Shown here piece by piece: positions 63,433 to 64,000 of a DNA stretch of 64,000 bases. The notes under the pieces are model-generated. The model was not told where the DNA came from, ran no database searches, and was given only the letters and a program-made list of their open reading frames with translations. Both the position numbers and the translations under genes were made by a program. Source of the DNA: an uncultured Acidobacteriota bacterium (GTDB lineage: Bacteria; Acidobacteriota; Terriglobia; Acidiferrales; UBA7541); NCBI GenBank assembly GCA_963709105.1, contig CAVPVC010000016.1, forward strand, positions 526,700-590,699, given 5' to 3'. Every line of letters begins with the position of its first letter. The stretch's first letter is position 1.

Positions 63433-63462
63433 GATGGTAGACAGCGCTTTGCCCGCCGGCCG

Positions 63463-64000
63463 CTACGCCTTTTGCGTGCGGTGGCGGAGGAATGTGGGCA
63501 CGTCGAGATCGTCGGGAAGCTCGTGAATCGCTTCGCTGACGTTCCGGGCAACCTGCTGGACGATGCTCGGCTGCTGGACGACAGGCGGAGGCGGTGGTGG
63601 CTGTACCGCGGGCTGAGGCGCCACCGGCTGTTGCACCGGGACCCGCTGTTGCGCCGCGTTCGCCTGCTGGACATTCGTATGCTGGAGAATGTTCGGCTGC
63701 TGAATCAGCGTCTGCTGCTGCGGCTCCTCTTCGGCCTGCTGATCGCGTCCGGCGCGCCACGTCTTCGGCAGGTACGACGGCCGCGACTGGCTCTTGCGCG
63801 CGGCAATTTCGCGGAAGCCCGCGGCGATCACGGTGATCTTCACCGACTCCTTCATGGCATCGTCCATCACCGCGCCGAAAATGATGTTGGCATTCTCGTG
63901 CGCGGCCTTCTGGATGATCGACGAGGCCTCGTGAACTTCCTGCAGGCGAGAGCGTGGACGAGCCGGTGATGTTGATGAGAATTCCCTGCGCGCCCTGGAT
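63463..64000 (-). CDS. ftsZ: cell division protein FtsZ, 3' part (continues beyond window end); one frameshift near 63950
   Basis: ...INITGSSTLS | LQEVHEASSIIQKAAHENANIIFGAVMDDAMKESVKITVIAAGF, then a Gln/Pro-rich linker, then the conserved C-terminal peptide DDLDVPTFLR. Confidence 0.88.
   Translation of the reverse strand, partial: SRARREFSSTSPARPRSRLQEVHEASSIIQKAAHENANIIFGAVMDDAMKESVKITVIAAGFREIAARKSQSRPSYLPKTWRAGRDQQAEEEPQQQTLIQQPNILQHTNVQQANAAQQRVPVQQPVAPQPAVQPPPPPPVVQQPSIVQQVARNVSEAIHELPDDLDVPTFLRHRTQKA

Overview
High-GC (about 62% by eye) bacterial chromosomal segment. Gene content and repeats suggest Acidobacteriota, but that is an inference. Main blocks in order: (1) a GntR-linked cluster of poorly characterised amidohydrolase-type genes (1-6112); (2) an ECF sigma module, tRNA-Arg(ACG) and a tandem USP; (3) a full urease cluster ureABC-E-F-G-D (10232-16094); (4) a periplasmic peroxiredoxin, a 1116-aa TonB-dependent receptor and a CrtI-like oxidoreductase; (5) a long minus-strand run: atpZ-atpI-atpB-atpE, mog, a response regulator, moaC, moeA, purA; (6) an IS630 transposase beside a lower-GC orphan secreted protein; (7) NUDIX, trxA-CWC-tag, glgA, rsmA, GDPD; (8) a cytochrome c / PHM-like copper monooxygenase fusion; (9) tldD-pmbA, ahcY, metK, prfB (programmed +1 frameshift), lnt, SPOR, SPFH-NfeD, TPR, PBP1A, proS, glyA, PP2C, JAMM, and the ftsZ 3' end. 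No obvious defence or secretion system was found. The most unusual signals are at least about 40 indel-type frameshifts in otherwise well-conserved genes, two dispersed repeat families (one is a hairpin with a compensatory base change), a diverged tandem duplication of the ureE 3' end, and several uncharacterised gene modules. Typing rule: genes interrupted by 1-2 frameshifts are typed CDS; genes with 3 or more are typed pseudogene. I suspect most interruptions are assembly artefacts.
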